A stretch of DNA of 45,634 bases from Candidatus Woesebacteria bacterium UBA1430 (GCA_002329465.1 DCTW01000009.1:2543-48176), one strand, 5' to 3'. Counted from the first letter of the stretch, positions 28,976 to 38,268 are shown. Translations and numbers: made by a program. The notes: a model not told the origin generated them from the letters alone.

Positions 28976-30586
28976 TTATCTTCTAGCTGCTTGGATGCTT
29001 CTTTTTGTCCATCTGTATGGCGCTGAAGCAGCTGATCCTATTTTAGGAAGTACGTTTTTGTTCGCCCAGCCGGCTTGGCCTGTTTCTGGGGGTGCTATTC
29101 CCGTAAATTCGGACAAAGCTGTGCCGTAGCCAAAGGCCCTGCCTGTCATAAGGGCGTTTATAAGCTGATCTACTTTTGCTGCCATTGTAAGAATTACTAC
29201 ACTTACTATTACAAAGGCGAAGTTGAGAGCGGCTCCGTTTAGATCGAGAAAAGGCGGCCATCCTTGACCTTCGAATTGATTGTAGCTTGCCGGGTTGAAA
29301 GACAGAATTTCTAGTTCTGGAATTCCTATTTCAGGAACGCCGAGGTCGATAAACGTAATTGCCGCGGATGAGGCAAAGATTAGTGCCAGTAGTAACAACA
29401 ACCCCAAAGCGGGGAAAACGGCAAGGTTTTTAACGAAGTTTTTAAGCCAATTACTAAATCCAAGTCCAGGTATTACTACGCCGAGCGTTAATTGAATGGG
29501 AGCGATAATGGTAAGAATTAAGATAGTAGCAAACGTTTTGAAAAGAAGAATTACTAGTTTGAAGAACGTAAAAAGCGCTGCGAATATAAATATAAATATA
29601 AAAACAAGCATTAAAAGCCCAAGGCCGACACCGCCTGCGCCACCGCCGACTTGCCCTGAGCCAAGATCAGCGACGCCGTATGCAAAAAATCCGAGGGCAG
29701 AGATAAAATATACATAAAGAAGGTAAAAAAATATGCCTAATATACCTGCGCCATAACCGATTTTTAGAGGATCCAAGCCTTTTGTTAATAAGTTAAAGAT
29801 ATCAAGAGCATTGCCTGTTCCACCAACAAGCAAGCTTATAAGACCTATTGTTACGTACATTATATCGATTAAAAAGCCGGCGATAGGATATGAAAATGTG
29901 ACTAATATGAGTGCAAGAAATATTCTTGGGAGTGCGGATTGAACAGTAATTACCGCTTGTGGTGAGATTTTTACGCGAAACATTATCATAAACGACAAGA
30001 CAATAGTTACAAGCACAAAAAGCGTGTAGGCAATGTTTCTTGAGATTCTCCACAATCCTCTTATTGGTCCGAGTGTTTGAAACCCAAAACCTGTAGTTTG
30101 GGCTTTAGCTTCAGGAATGAGTTTGATGTTTTTTATAGCTTCTTTGGTATAAGTTATTCCCGATAGCGGTTTATCTCTAAATATTTCCTTCAGAAGATGT
30201 TTGCCGCTTTGCCCTTTGTTTTGGGCGATTGGTTGTGGAGCAGTGCTATTTGAAGAAAGTTCTGAAATATCTCCTGTTGTAATGAAATTTACTATATTTA
30301 CCGGATTAATGGGAAGTCTTTCTGTAATTGTGTGTATTAAAAGAGCTATAAATCCGTATGTTACCCATTGAACCTGGGCGGCGGTGTAGCGCTCTCCAAA
30401 TATTTCCGCGGGATTTTCGTCGTCGTAAACTTGAGTGTACCATTGGCCAAAGGATTGATTGTACCATTGAGCCTTGGCAGGAGCGGCAAAGATAGATAAG
30501 AATAGCAAATTGGCTAAAAGAAACGATATAAGCAGGCGTTTGAGCATGTTTTTCTTTTTAATTTTTATCATCTTTAATAATATCAT
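28976..30586 (-). CDS. VirB6/TrbL-like polytopic membrane protein
   Basis: Signal peptide, then multiple TMs; LWRISRNIAY, LPRIFLALILVTFS and IIAPIQLTLGVVIPG..NWLKN..VFP resemble a VirB6-like core. Start uncertain (several Met). Confidence 0.65.
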   Translation of the reverse strand: MILLKMIKIKKKNMLKRLLISFLLANLLFLSIFAAPAKAQWYNQSFGQWYTQVYDDENPAEIFGERYTAAQVQWVTYGFIALLIHTITERLPINPVNIVNFITTGDISELSSNSTAPQPIAQNKGQSGKHLLKEIFRDKPLSGITYTKEAIKNIKLIPEAKAQTTGFGFQTLGPIRGLWRISRNIAYTLFVLVTIVLSFMIMFRVKISPQAVITVQSALPRIFLALILVTFSYPIAGFLIDIMYVTIGLISLLVGGTGNALDIFNLLTKGLDPLKIGYGAGILGIFFYLLYVYFISALGFFAYGVADLGSGQVGGGAGGVGLGLLMLVFIFIFIFAALFTFFKLVILLFKTFATILILTIIAPIQLTLGVVIPGLGFSNWLKNFVKNLAVFPALGLLLLLALIFASSAAITFIDLGVPEIGIPELEILSFNPASYNQFEGQGWPPFLDLNGAALNFAFVIVSVVILTMAAKVDQLINALMTGRAFGYGTALSEFTGIAPPETGQAGWANKNVLPKIGSAASAPYRWTKRSIQAARR

Positions 30587-30617
30587 TTGTTTTTGAGAAA
30601 AGAAAAGAGGCTAATGC

Positions 30618-33600
30618 TTAATTTATGTTTGGACATGTGTTGTGAAACGGCGTTTGAGGAAATGGGCATGCGGGAGCAACCCAATCCCAAATATTTTGGT
30701 AGTCTGCAAGCCTGCTTTGTGAGGGCGGATCTGGAATGCATTCTCCTGCGGCGTTTCTTGTGTCTCCAGATTTGAATAGGTGTGTCCAGTTTTCCATATA
30801 TGTGTAGCCATTGGTGCATTTTCCTGTTGAGATATTGCAGTCTATGCATTCCGGGTATGTGGTGTTCCAGATGTTTGTAAGATTAAAGAACCATCTTATT
30901 TGTTCGTTAAAATCTGCCGCTATTTCTGGCCTGTTTATCCCAAAGTCTTGGGTAGTACAAGCTTGGTTGTAGTTGCTTGCTGCGCTTTCTGCAAGCCATA
31001 TTGTGAGAACAAACGCTGGGTTATAGCCCGCGTTTAGCGATCTTTTTACTACGTCGTTGTAGCATTCTTTTGCAAAATGTCTGCCGGCGCCTGCGTACCA
31101 GGCGTCTGCGAGTCTAATTATATTTTGTTTGAATGTTCCTAAATAGGCTGTTGGAATTTCTGAATCTGGTACGTTTTGGTTGCAGTTTATGGGGCAGTCT
31201 GTGTTTTGAGGCGGAGGCGGGGTGGATGACGGGCCTGATTGGGTGGTTTGAATATCTTTTGGCCTAAGGGCTTTTTGAATGCCTTTTAGAAAGTAGTCGT
31301 AGATTGAGCCGATATGGGGAAAGAATATTTTTGCGCTTGAGCCCGGTCTTGCTGCTGCCGGATTTCCTGCAAATACTTGGACATTTCCGTCTTCTGAGGA
31401 GTAGCTTGCGTTTGCTTCTGCCGGGATATCTTCGATTTCTTCAACGGGTGCTTCTGCTCCTACTTTTGGATAAATTCTTCTGAAGACCGACTGGTTTCCG
31501 TTTACTAGTCTGTCCCAGACTTCTTCTGCCTTTGGTGTGCCTACATAGATTGATGTGGCCGTTTTTATGTTTATTGTGCAAAGCCCTGGATTCGGGGGCG
31601 AAAAGGTGCTTGAAGAAGTGCAGGCTCCCGCAGTTCCATTACAGGGAAAATTTCCTTCCTCTCCTACCGGTTGCCAACTGCCTAGTTCTGTGCATAAATA
31701 TGGCTGGCACTCATCTAAATTACAGTGGACTTGGCCGGGGTAGCCGATGCCATCGCAAACCGGCTCTGCAAGATAGAAAGAGCACTGGAAGGTGCCTGAA
31801 TATGTTATGTTTCCGTCTATTGTCCGTTCGTCGTTTTCAGGCTGGATCCACGGAAGGCCTTCTTGGCCGAAGTCGCCGCCATACAGATCGTCACCCGGGT
31901 TTTTTCTGGTGTCTAGGTATTCACAGCGCTCTGTGTTGTAGTAACCTTGTTCGTTGATATTTGAGAAGCCACCCTCTCCTTTTGTAAGGAAGGTTTGCTG
32001 AAGCAGATATCCTAGTTCTGCGCTTTCCTGCATGTGGGGGAAATAGAGAAACCTCATTTTTCCGTCGTCCGGCAGGATTGTGCCCGGATTTGGTGTAAAA
32101 TTAATATCTGTGATATTTGCGTCGCTTGGCGGCTGCTGCGTAAGAGCTGTGTCTAGGTGGCCTTCTGCATATCCGGTTCTATCTTCAGTTGATGAGAAGG
32201 GAATATAGCTAAAGAGGTTTGACCAATAATTGAATTTTAATGGATTGTCGTAGCAAAGATAAAGATTGGGCACAATGTCTAGGAGAGATCCTAAAATTGA
32301 TCCTATGCCAGGGATTTGATCGAGTGGTATATCACCAAGATCCAAACTTGGTGTGCAGCTTTGTCCGCGCCAACGCCTGTATTCTTTCCAGTATTCTTGA
32401 AAATTTTCGTATTTGGTGCCGATGTCTTCGTCGTACGGAGGAAGGCGGTTCCATTTGTCCAGCTCCTCGTTTACTCCTCCCTCGAGCCAGTCGGAAAGTC
32501 GGTGTATTTGTCTTTGGAATAAATCAGGAATTATAAAGTCGTTTTCTTTTTTGGGTTCATAGCATGGACCAGGTATTCCTCCGATTTCGTCTATGTTGAA
32601 TATGTCCCAAAAGTTAGGTATAGATAACCCATACGTGCAGCCGACAATTTGGTTGTGGCGGATGTTTCCGGCGACGTCGGGGCCTCCAAAGCCGGATGCT
32701 TCAAAAATTTGTTTCTCTCTTTCTCTTACTTGGATTCTCCAGGGTAAAAGTTTTCTTAGGGGGCCTGAGAAGTTTATTAATAATCTCGTGTCGCGGAATA
32801 TTTTTTCGAATTTAGGATCGCTTATATTGTCTGATTTTTCGGGATAATCGTTGGTTACTGCAAGCAACGGATCTTCGGCTCTTGCTATTGTGCCGTTTAA
32901 GTACCAGCTGACGTATTCGTTCATTCTTTGGGCGGGAGTAACTGAGTCTGGGATTCTTTGGTGCGGCCAGGGTTCATCACCTTCGGTTGAAAAAGGGTCT
33001 TCGGTAAGTCCCATGATGGGGAGGTCTGCTTCTGAGAGACCTACCCTTATTGGTATATTTCTGTTTGTAATTTCGTAATTGCAAATTATGTTTTGTCCGT
33101 CTTCTGTGCAGTCAATTAGTGAAATTCCATCGGGCAGGTCTTCGCCGTATCTTATTTCGAGGGTTTCCTGAGTTATAAGGTCGTTTCCGCAGAGGAGAAA
33201 GCTTGTGTCCATAATGTCGGGTGGGAGCGGGCATGCAGGATATGGACGCAGGGAGTGAAATTCGGGGAAAAATTCATCTTCGCACTGCACACCCGAGGCT
33301 CCAGGGCCAAAAGCTCCTGGTGCAGTGCAGCCTGAGGGGTCGGCTGTGTTTCCATAGTTGTCCGTTCCCATTAGCCCAACTGTCATAAATGGAGATTCGA
33401 AACCCACTATTCCCCAGCCTCTCATGTAGATTATTTTTTCGTCTGAGCCGGGGCCTGAGGTTGCGCCCATGGCGATTACCGGCTCGTTGTTTTTTAGTCC
33501 GGTGCAGAATTCGTATTCACCGGCGTCGTAATAGGTAAGAGAGACGGAGATGGTGGATCCACAGGTGTTTGGGGATTTATATCTATCTGAATACGGGCTT

Positions 33601-34151
33601 TCTTCGATTTCACAGTAAATTTTACCCCCTCCGGATTGGAGGATATTGTTGTTTATCGTTACTATTTGCCATGGATTGTGGGTGATGTAGGAATAGGATT
33701 GTCCTGTGGTCATTGAGCCGATTCCGGCTGGGGCCCACCAGGCTCCGTCTGTTGTTACTTGAGAGCCTGGAGTATAGGTGGTGCATCCTGGGTCTGAAGT
33801 ATAAACTGCTTTGTCAAGAGTGCCCTTACAGTGTGCATTTTGGAGCCTGTTTCCAATTGAAATTGCCCAGCTTGTATCCTCTTGTCTATAAACGCCATTT
33901 GCTCCTATGCAGAACTGTTCGTAGTTTGCGTTTTTGTATTGCCTTGCGGCTTGGCCTATTGCGTGACAATCTCCTTCTGAAGAAAAGCTGATTTGTTCTC
34001 CAGAGCTTAAAGAATGGGGGACAAAGTCGGGTCCTGCAATGAAATCTCTTAGGTCCACCGGGGTTTGTGCATATATAGATTTGCTGAGAAAAATTAAAAA
34101 AGTGAATACGCTGGCTTGTATGAGGGTAAATTTTATTACCTTTTTTTTCAT
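30618..34151 (-). CDS. Large exported Cys-rich protein with C-terminal lysozyme-like domain
   Basis: Signal peptide ending SIYA|Q; many Cys; C-terminal VVKRSLNAGYNPAFVLTIWLAES..DFGI. Confidence 0.6.
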   Translation of the reverse strand: MKKKVIKFTLIQASVFTFLIFLSKSIYAQTPVDLRDFIAGPDFVPHSLSSGEQISFSSEGDCHAIGQAARQYKNANYEQFCIGANGVYRQEDTSWAISIGNRLQNAHCKGTLDKAVYTSDPGCTTYTPGSQVTTDGAWWAPAGIGSMTTGQSYSYITHNPWQIVTINNNILQSGGGKIYCEIEESPYSDRYKSPNTCGSTISVSLTYYDAGEYEFCTGLKNNEPVIAMGATSGPGSDEKIIYMRGWGIVGFESPFMTVGLMGTDNYGNTADPSGCTAPGAFGPGASGVQCEDEFFPEFHSLRPYPACPLPPDIMDTSFLLCGNDLITQETLEIRYGEDLPDGISLIDCTEDGQNIICNYEITNRNIPIRVGLSEADLPIMGLTEDPFSTEGDEPWPHQRIPDSVTPAQRMNEYVSWYLNGTIARAEDPLLAVTNDYPEKSDNISDPKFEKIFRDTRLLINFSGPLRKLLPWRIQVREREKQIFEASGFGGPDVAGNIRHNQIVGCTYGLSIPNFWDIFNIDEIGGIPGPCYEPKKENDFIIPDLFQRQIHRLSDWLEGGVNEELDKWNRLPPYDEDIGTKYENFQEYWKEYRRWRGQSCTPSLDLGDIPLDQIPGIGSILGSLLDIVPNLYLCYDNPLKFNYWSNLFSYIPFSSTEDRTGYAEGHLDTALTQQPPSDANITDINFTPNPGTILPDDGKMRFLYFPHMQESAELGYLLQQTFLTKGEGGFSNINEQGYYNTERCEYLDTRKNPGDDLYGGDFGQEGLPWIQPENDERTIDGNITYSGTFQCSFYLAEPVCDGIGYPGQVHCNLDECQPYLCTELGSWQPVGEEGNFPCNGTAGACTSSSTFSPPNPGLCTINIKTATSIYVGTPKAEEVWDRLVNGNQSVFRRIYPKVGAEAPVEEIEDIPAEANASYSSEDGNVQVFAGNPAAARPGSSAKIFFPHIGSIYDYFLKGIQKALRPKDIQTTQSGPSSTPPPPQNTDCPINCNQNVPDSEIPTAYLGTFKQNIIRLADAWYAGAGRHFAKECYNDVVKRSLNAGYNPAFVLTIWLAESAASNYNQACTTQDFGINRPEIAADFNEQIRWFFNLTNIWNTTYPECIDCNISTGKCTNGYTYMENWTHLFKSGDTRNAAGECIPDPPSQSRLADYQNIWDWVAPACPFPQTPFHNTCPNIN

Positions 34152-34169
34152 TGTTTTTTGAAAAGATTT

Positions 34170-34502
34170 TTATATTCTTATTCTGAATTGGCGTAGATAA
34201 GTAGCTCCTGTGAATGCGGCGATAAATTCTAATATCAAATAGGCTAGGGCAATAAGGACCATGCCTAAAATTGCGTAAGTTATGGTTTTTTGAGCTGCCT
34301 CGACTTTGCCCGCGTTTGAGCCGGCTGTGAGGTATTTGAATCCACCTATGATAAGAAGAACAAAAAGGACAATGGCGGCAAGCGGAATAGCAAGGCTTAT
34401 TACAGATTCAAATACGTCTTCGAGGCCTCTTAGTATTGGCACATCTCCGTCTTGGATGTTGCTTGGATCTATTGCATAAACAAATGGGGTAAGCATGTTC
34501 AT
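34170..34502 (-). CDS. VirB2/TrbC-like pilin (paralog 10)
   Basis: Two TMs joined by GGFKYLTAGSNAGKVEAAQKTITYAILG. Confidence 0.82.
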   Translation of the reverse strand: MNMLTPFVYAIDPSNIQDGDVPILRGLEDVFESVISLAIPLAAIVLFVLLIIGGFKYLTAGSNAGKVEAAQKTITYAILGMVLIALAYLILEFIAAFTGATYLRQFRIRI

Positions 34503-34544
34503 AACTCATTTTATATTGGAGAAAACATCTCGGCAAGGCTTTCG

Positions 34545-35993
34545 TTATTTTGAAAGACAGTCTTCAAAAGAATAGAGTGTAAATGAATTATTGATATTAA
34601 TAATGTTTGATTGTTTACAGGATTTGTTAAGGGTGAGGATTAAATTGATTTTATCCTTTTCGCTATTTGATTTAATCGGCCTTTGAATATCTACAAATAG
34701 ATAGTTTTCATATTTAATTTTGAGTGGGAGGCGGGGCGGGGAATAATTTGTTAAATGCTTTTGGGTAATTGTTTGAGAGTTTTCAATTAGACCGGGGTTA
34801 AAAAAATTTACCGGAATTAAATTCTTTTTGTTTTTGAAGAATTTTAATTTGAAAGCGAGGGGATAAATTTCTCTGTCGATTGCGAGAGCTACCTTTTTGT
34901 TCTCGGGAAAGGAATTGACAGCGTTGACTATTATTTGGTTATTTTTTTGGATGGTTGTTTGGTTGTAGATATGTCCTAAAAATCCCAGACAAAAGAAAAG
35001 GGAAATTGTCGGTTTATAAAGCGAGTTTGTTTTGAAAGCGTTGTTTAGAGCTATTAGTCCCCAGCCTGCCAGGGTGCTAAGCGTAAAAAGCAGGGGAGTT
35101 GAATACCTTACTCTTACAGAGGTTTTTGTAATTATTGTAATAAGAAATAGTATTAGAGCAACAATTTGGGCATAGTAGAATGCTTTGGGTGTTTTTGTGT
35201 TGTTTTTGTAGATTCCCAAAAAAATTAGCAGGAGAAAAAAGATTAGAGGAATATCCAGGGCGGGATGTTGAGAATAGAAGCCTGAAATGTGGGTGCTTAA
35301 TAAATTTATTGGGTTTGAATAAAATTCGTTTATCCAAGAGAACCTATGGGTATTAATTATGATTTGATCCAGCGCAAATAGTTTTAGAAAAAAAAGCAAT
35401 ATAATTAGTTGAAAGATTGATGAGTAAATTAATAATTTATTTTTTTTGATTAAACAGATGGCAATTAGGGTAAAGAGTCCTATTAAATAGTTGATGTAGC
35501 CCAGTGACAGAAGAAGTAGGGCGCTAATATTAATAGTTATTAGGTTTATCGGGCTTATTTTGTTTTTATTAGCCGTATAAAACAAAGTGGAGAGAAAAAG
35601 CAGAAGTATGGGTGCTGAAAGGCTTGTTTGTTTTACCTCTGTGCTTATTGAGAGAAAGGTGTAAGACGAGAAAAACAGTACAAGCCCGTGTTTGAGCTTG
35701 AATTTATTGATTAATTCCTTTTTGTGTAGAAAGAAAATGGTACCCATGGAAAGGATGAAGCTTGCTGACGTGATTATTAATTTTGTCGCGGTCGGATTAT
35801 CTACCGGGAGAAATTTTAATAAAAAATAAAACCCGGGAGGGTGTGGCTCTGCTTTGATTGTATTTAATAGAGTGCTTATTGGCTGTTTGCTTATTTCGGT
35901 AACTATGATTTCGTCATACGAATAGTTGTATTTAAAAATACTTATAAAAATAAGATTAAGCGAGTAGCCAAGAATTAGAATAAAATAAACCAT
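34545..35993 (-). CDS. GT-C fold (ArnT/PMT-like) membrane glycosyltransferase
   Basis: YSYDE after TM1, EPHPPGFYFLL, many TMs, RVRYSTP. Confidence 0.72.
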   Translation of the reverse strand: MVYFILILGYSLNLIFISIFKYNYSYDEIIVTEISKQPISTLLNTIKAEPHPPGFYFLLKFLPVDNPTATKLIITSASFILSMGTIFFLHKKELINKFKLKHGLVLFFSSYTFLSISTEVKQTSLSAPILLLFLSTLFYTANKNKISPINLITINISALLLLSLGYINYLIGLFTLIAICLIKKNKLLIYSSIFQLIILLFFLKLFALDQIIINTHRFSWINEFYSNPINLLSTHISGFYSQHPALDIPLIFFLLLIFLGIYKNNTKTPKAFYYAQIVALILFLITIITKTSVRVRYSTPLLFTLSTLAGWGLIALNNAFKTNSLYKPTISLFFCLGFLGHIYNQTTIQKNNQIIVNAVNSFPENKKVALAIDREIYPLAFKLKFFKNKKNLIPVNFFNPGLIENSQTITQKHLTNYSPPRLPLKIKYENYLFVDIQRPIKSNSEKDKINLILTLNKSCKQSNIININNSFTLYSFEDCLSK

Positions 35994-36013
35994 TAGTTGG
36001 CATTATAACCGTA

Positions 36014-36080
36014 AACCCCCGTTTAACTAAACGAGGGTTCTGGTTTAAACCAAAACCAGCTTTTTTAAGGTTTTGGTTTA
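36014..36080 (-). terminator. Tandem stem-loops after pilin 9
   Basis: Perfect 12-bp inverted repeat TAAACCAAAACC (36046-57) / GGTTTTGGTTTA (36069-80), then the minus-strand hairpin AACCCUCGUUU-AGUU-AAACGGGGGUU (36039-36014). Confidence 0.7.
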
Positions 36081-36449
36081 GCTGATGGTTCCACCTCCGC
36101 CGCCGCTACCAAGACCCGGGATTGTGAAATTGAAAATTTCAATGCCGAAGGCGTTTCCAAGCAGGGATACGATTGCCCAAGCGGCAAAGACGATGATTAA
36201 GCCTATTAGGGCTGCTGTGATTTGGTTTCTTGCCGATTCGGTGCTTCCTTTATCTCCACCCGAGGTGATCCATCTTATACCTCCTATTACCAGCATAAAG
36301 AAAAAGAGCAAGCCGGCAACGATTAAGATTATTGTTACAAACCAACTAATCCAGCTTCCCAGATCCGCTCCTGTTATAACATCGAAACCTTCGGGCTGAA
36401 TGTTGACAGTAGTATCTTGTTGGGCAAAAATTGTTGAAAGAAAATTCAT
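36078..36449 (-). CDS. VirB2/TrbC-like pilin (paralog 9, probable major pilin)
   Basis: GGIRWITSGGDKGSTESARNQITAALIGLIIVFAAW; own promoter, full SD and terminator. Confidence 0.85.
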   Translation of the reverse strand: MNFLSTIFAQQDTTVNIQPEGFDVITGADLGSWISWFVTIILIVAGLLFFFMLVIGGIRWITSGGDKGSTESARNQITAALIGLIIVFAAWAIVSLLGNAFGIEIFNFTIPGLGSGGGGGTIS

Positions 36450-36458
36450 TAATACTTT

Positions 36459-36513
36459 TCACCTCCTTATAAATTATAACTTAATGCTAGATGTTTGCTG
36501 GCTTTGTTGTCAA
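36459..36513 (-). promoter_or_regulatory. Promoter and full-length Shine-Dalgarno of pilin 9
   Basis: TTGACA (36513-08), 18-nt spacer, TAGCAT; an extra TATAAT; TAAGGAGGTGA (36469-59) 9 nt before the ATG. Confidence 0.75.
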
Positions 36514-36515
36514 GC

Positions 36516-36860
36516 TTAGTTGATTACCAGGCTTGCTATATCTATTGACGTAATGTTGATACCAAAGATTTGCTCAACCGCTGTGAGTATTGCCCAGATT
36601 GCCAAAAGGACCAGCAAACCTATACCTGCGTTTGTGAGTTTGGTTCTTGCTTCTTCTACCCTGGCTTTGTCTCCGCCTGCTGTAATCCATCCGATGCCTC
36701 CGATGAGAAACATAAAAAGAAAAGCGACCCCTCCTGCGAGCAGAAAGATTGTTACAAGGGTAGAAAGAAGCGCGCTGAAATAATTTGGACTACCTCCTCC
36801 TGTAAGGAAACTGTTTAAGTTTCCAAGAATGGGGTTGTTGACAGCAATGTGGTTGTTCAT
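36516..36860 (-). CDS. VirB2/TrbC-like pilin (paralog 8)
   Basis: GGIGWITAGGDKARVEEARTKLTNAGIGLLVLLAIW. Confidence 0.85.
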   Translation of the reverse strand: MNNHIAVNNPILGNLNSFLTGGGSPNYFSALLSTLVTIFLLAGGVAFLFMFLIGGIGWITAGGDKARVEEARTKLTNAGIGLLVLLAIWAILTAVEQIFGINITSIDIASLVIN

Positions 36861-36862
36861 AT

Positions 36863-37225
36863 TTAAGTTAATACAGCAAAAAGAACGGGTATTTCAAGAA
36901 ATTCTAGATTAAATATTATGCCAACAAGTTGAATTAAAAAGATTGCCGATATTACTATTACTAATCCCACGAGGCTTGTTGCCAGCTTTTTTTTGGAAGC
37001 TTCGAGCCTTGCCTTGTCTCCTCCTGATGTAATCCAGGATATTGCCGCGATAAAAACTTGGAACGTAAACCAGATAAAGGCTATTGCCGTCATTACGCCA
37101 ATTATTGTAGAAAGGAGCGTGTCAAGCGTTGATGCGGGATCTCCGCTTGGATCGGCAAGGGGCCCTGTGCCCGGGCCGGTAAAACCTCCGTCTGGAAATA
37201 GGTTGATTTGTGATAGCTTGTTCAT
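36863..37225 (-). CDS. VirB2/TrbC-like pilin (paralog 7)
   Basis: AAISWITSGGDKARLEASKKKLATSLVGLVIV. Start moved to ATG 37225 (MNKLSQ), an ATGA overlap with the upstream stop. Confidence 0.83.
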   Translation of the reverse strand: MNKLSQINLFPDGGFTGPGTGPLADPSGDPASTLDTLLSTIIGVMTAIAFIWFTFQVFIAAISWITSGGDKARLEASKKKLATSLVGLVIVISAIFLIQLVGIIFNLEFLEIPVLFAVLT

Positions 37226-37557
37226 GGCGTTGGTATTACGGGCATAAGCAGGGCTGTTGCGTTGTCGAATAATAGTAATCCTACGATGGCTGCCAAAAGG
37301 AATGAGCCGACAAGGAAAACTAAGCCCATTATAGTTTGGTATATTTTTTTCCATGCGTTGCTGGCTTTTTGGGGGTCGTCGCCGGCGGAAAGAAAGGCAT
37401 AGCCGGCGATTATAAAGTTAAAAAGGGCGTATATGCCTCCCGCGATGATTAAGATGCTAAAGATAAGCTGTAGAAGTTCTCCTAGTGCTCCACCTTCGAC
37501 TGTGCCAAAGCCTACAATGTGCGCCGGTGGGTTTATTTCTCCTATTACTTGTAGCAT
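37222..37557 (-). CDS. VirB2/TrbC-like pilin (paralog 6)
   Basis: AGYAFLSAGDDPQKASNAWKKIYQTIMGL. Confidence 0.82.
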   Translation of the reverse strand: MLQVIGEINPPAHIVGFGTVEGGALGELLQLIFSILIIAGGIYALFNFIIAGYAFLSAGDDPQKASNAWKKIYQTIMGLVFLVGSFLLAAIVGLLLFDNATALLMPVIPTP

Positions 37558-37561
37558 TTAG

Positions 37562-37906
37562 TTAACCTCCATATCCAAACAGGCTTACAGGATTTGTTAG
37601 AAAATCTACTCCAATGATAATTTCGATAATTCTTATAATCCAGTATGCTCCGAATATAATTATAAATCCTATTGCCGCCCATGTCATTGCTTGTTTTCCG
37701 TCCGCCGTACCTCTTGGGTTGTCTGCACCTGCGCTTGTAATAATTTTAAGCCCGCCAAAGATAAAAAGAAGTATTACTATTACGGATGCGATTGCGAGCG
37801 AGGTGGATAGAATAAGGCCTGCCAGGTCGCCTAAATGGAGGCCTCCTTGTGTTCCCCAGGGGGAGCCGAATTCTTCTGCTATGTTTACTTGTGCAAGATA
37901 GTTCAT
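37562..37906 (-). CDS. VirB2/TrbC-like pilin (paralog 5)
   Basis: GGLKIITSAGADNPRGTADGKQAMTWAAIGFIIIFGAYWI. Confidence 0.82.
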   Translation of the reverse strand: MNYLAQVNIAEEFGSPWGTQGGLHLGDLAGLILSTSLAIASVIVILLFIFGGLKIITSAGADNPRGTADGKQAMTWAAIGFIIIFGAYWIIRIIEIIIGVDFLTNPVSLFGYGG

Positions 37907-37911
37907 TGTTA

Positions 37912-38268
37912 TTATGGTTGCGGGCGTGGGCTAAAAATTTCAGAAACAGATTCTAACCCAAGTACAAGGCCTACGATTTGTACTATCCAATAAGCTGTAA
38001 AGATAATTATAAATCCGATGACTGCGTTGGTGATCGTTTTTTTTCCTGCTTCGACTTTATCCGGGTTTCCTCCTGAGGTTAAGAGGGTAAAACCGCCGAA
38101 AAGAAGATAAATCAGAAGTGCAAGTCCCGAGATGAAGAAGAAAAACATAATTAGACCGGGGAAGCGGCCTGAGCCGCTAAAGAGAGACCCGATTGTGCTG
38201 TTTTGATTCAGGTTTGGGGCTGTTTGAGAGATTAGGTCGTTCCATTCAATTGCGTATACTTTGCTCAT
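37912..38268 (-). CDS. VirB2/TrbC-like pilin (paralog 4)
   Basis: GGFTLLTSGGNPDKVEAGKKTITNAVIGFIIIFTAYWI. Confidence 0.85.
   Translation of the reverse strand: MSKVYAIEWNDLISQTAPNLNQNSTIGSLFSGSGRFPGLIMFFFFISGLALLIYLLFGGFTLLTSGGNPDKVEAGKKTITNAVIGFIIIFTAYWIVQIVGLVLGLESVSEIFSPRPQP

Noticed and set aside
37226-37354. N-terminal extension of the 163-aa ORF
   Set aside because: Overlaps pilin 6 out of frame; ATG 37225 gives a typical coupled start and a paralog-like length.
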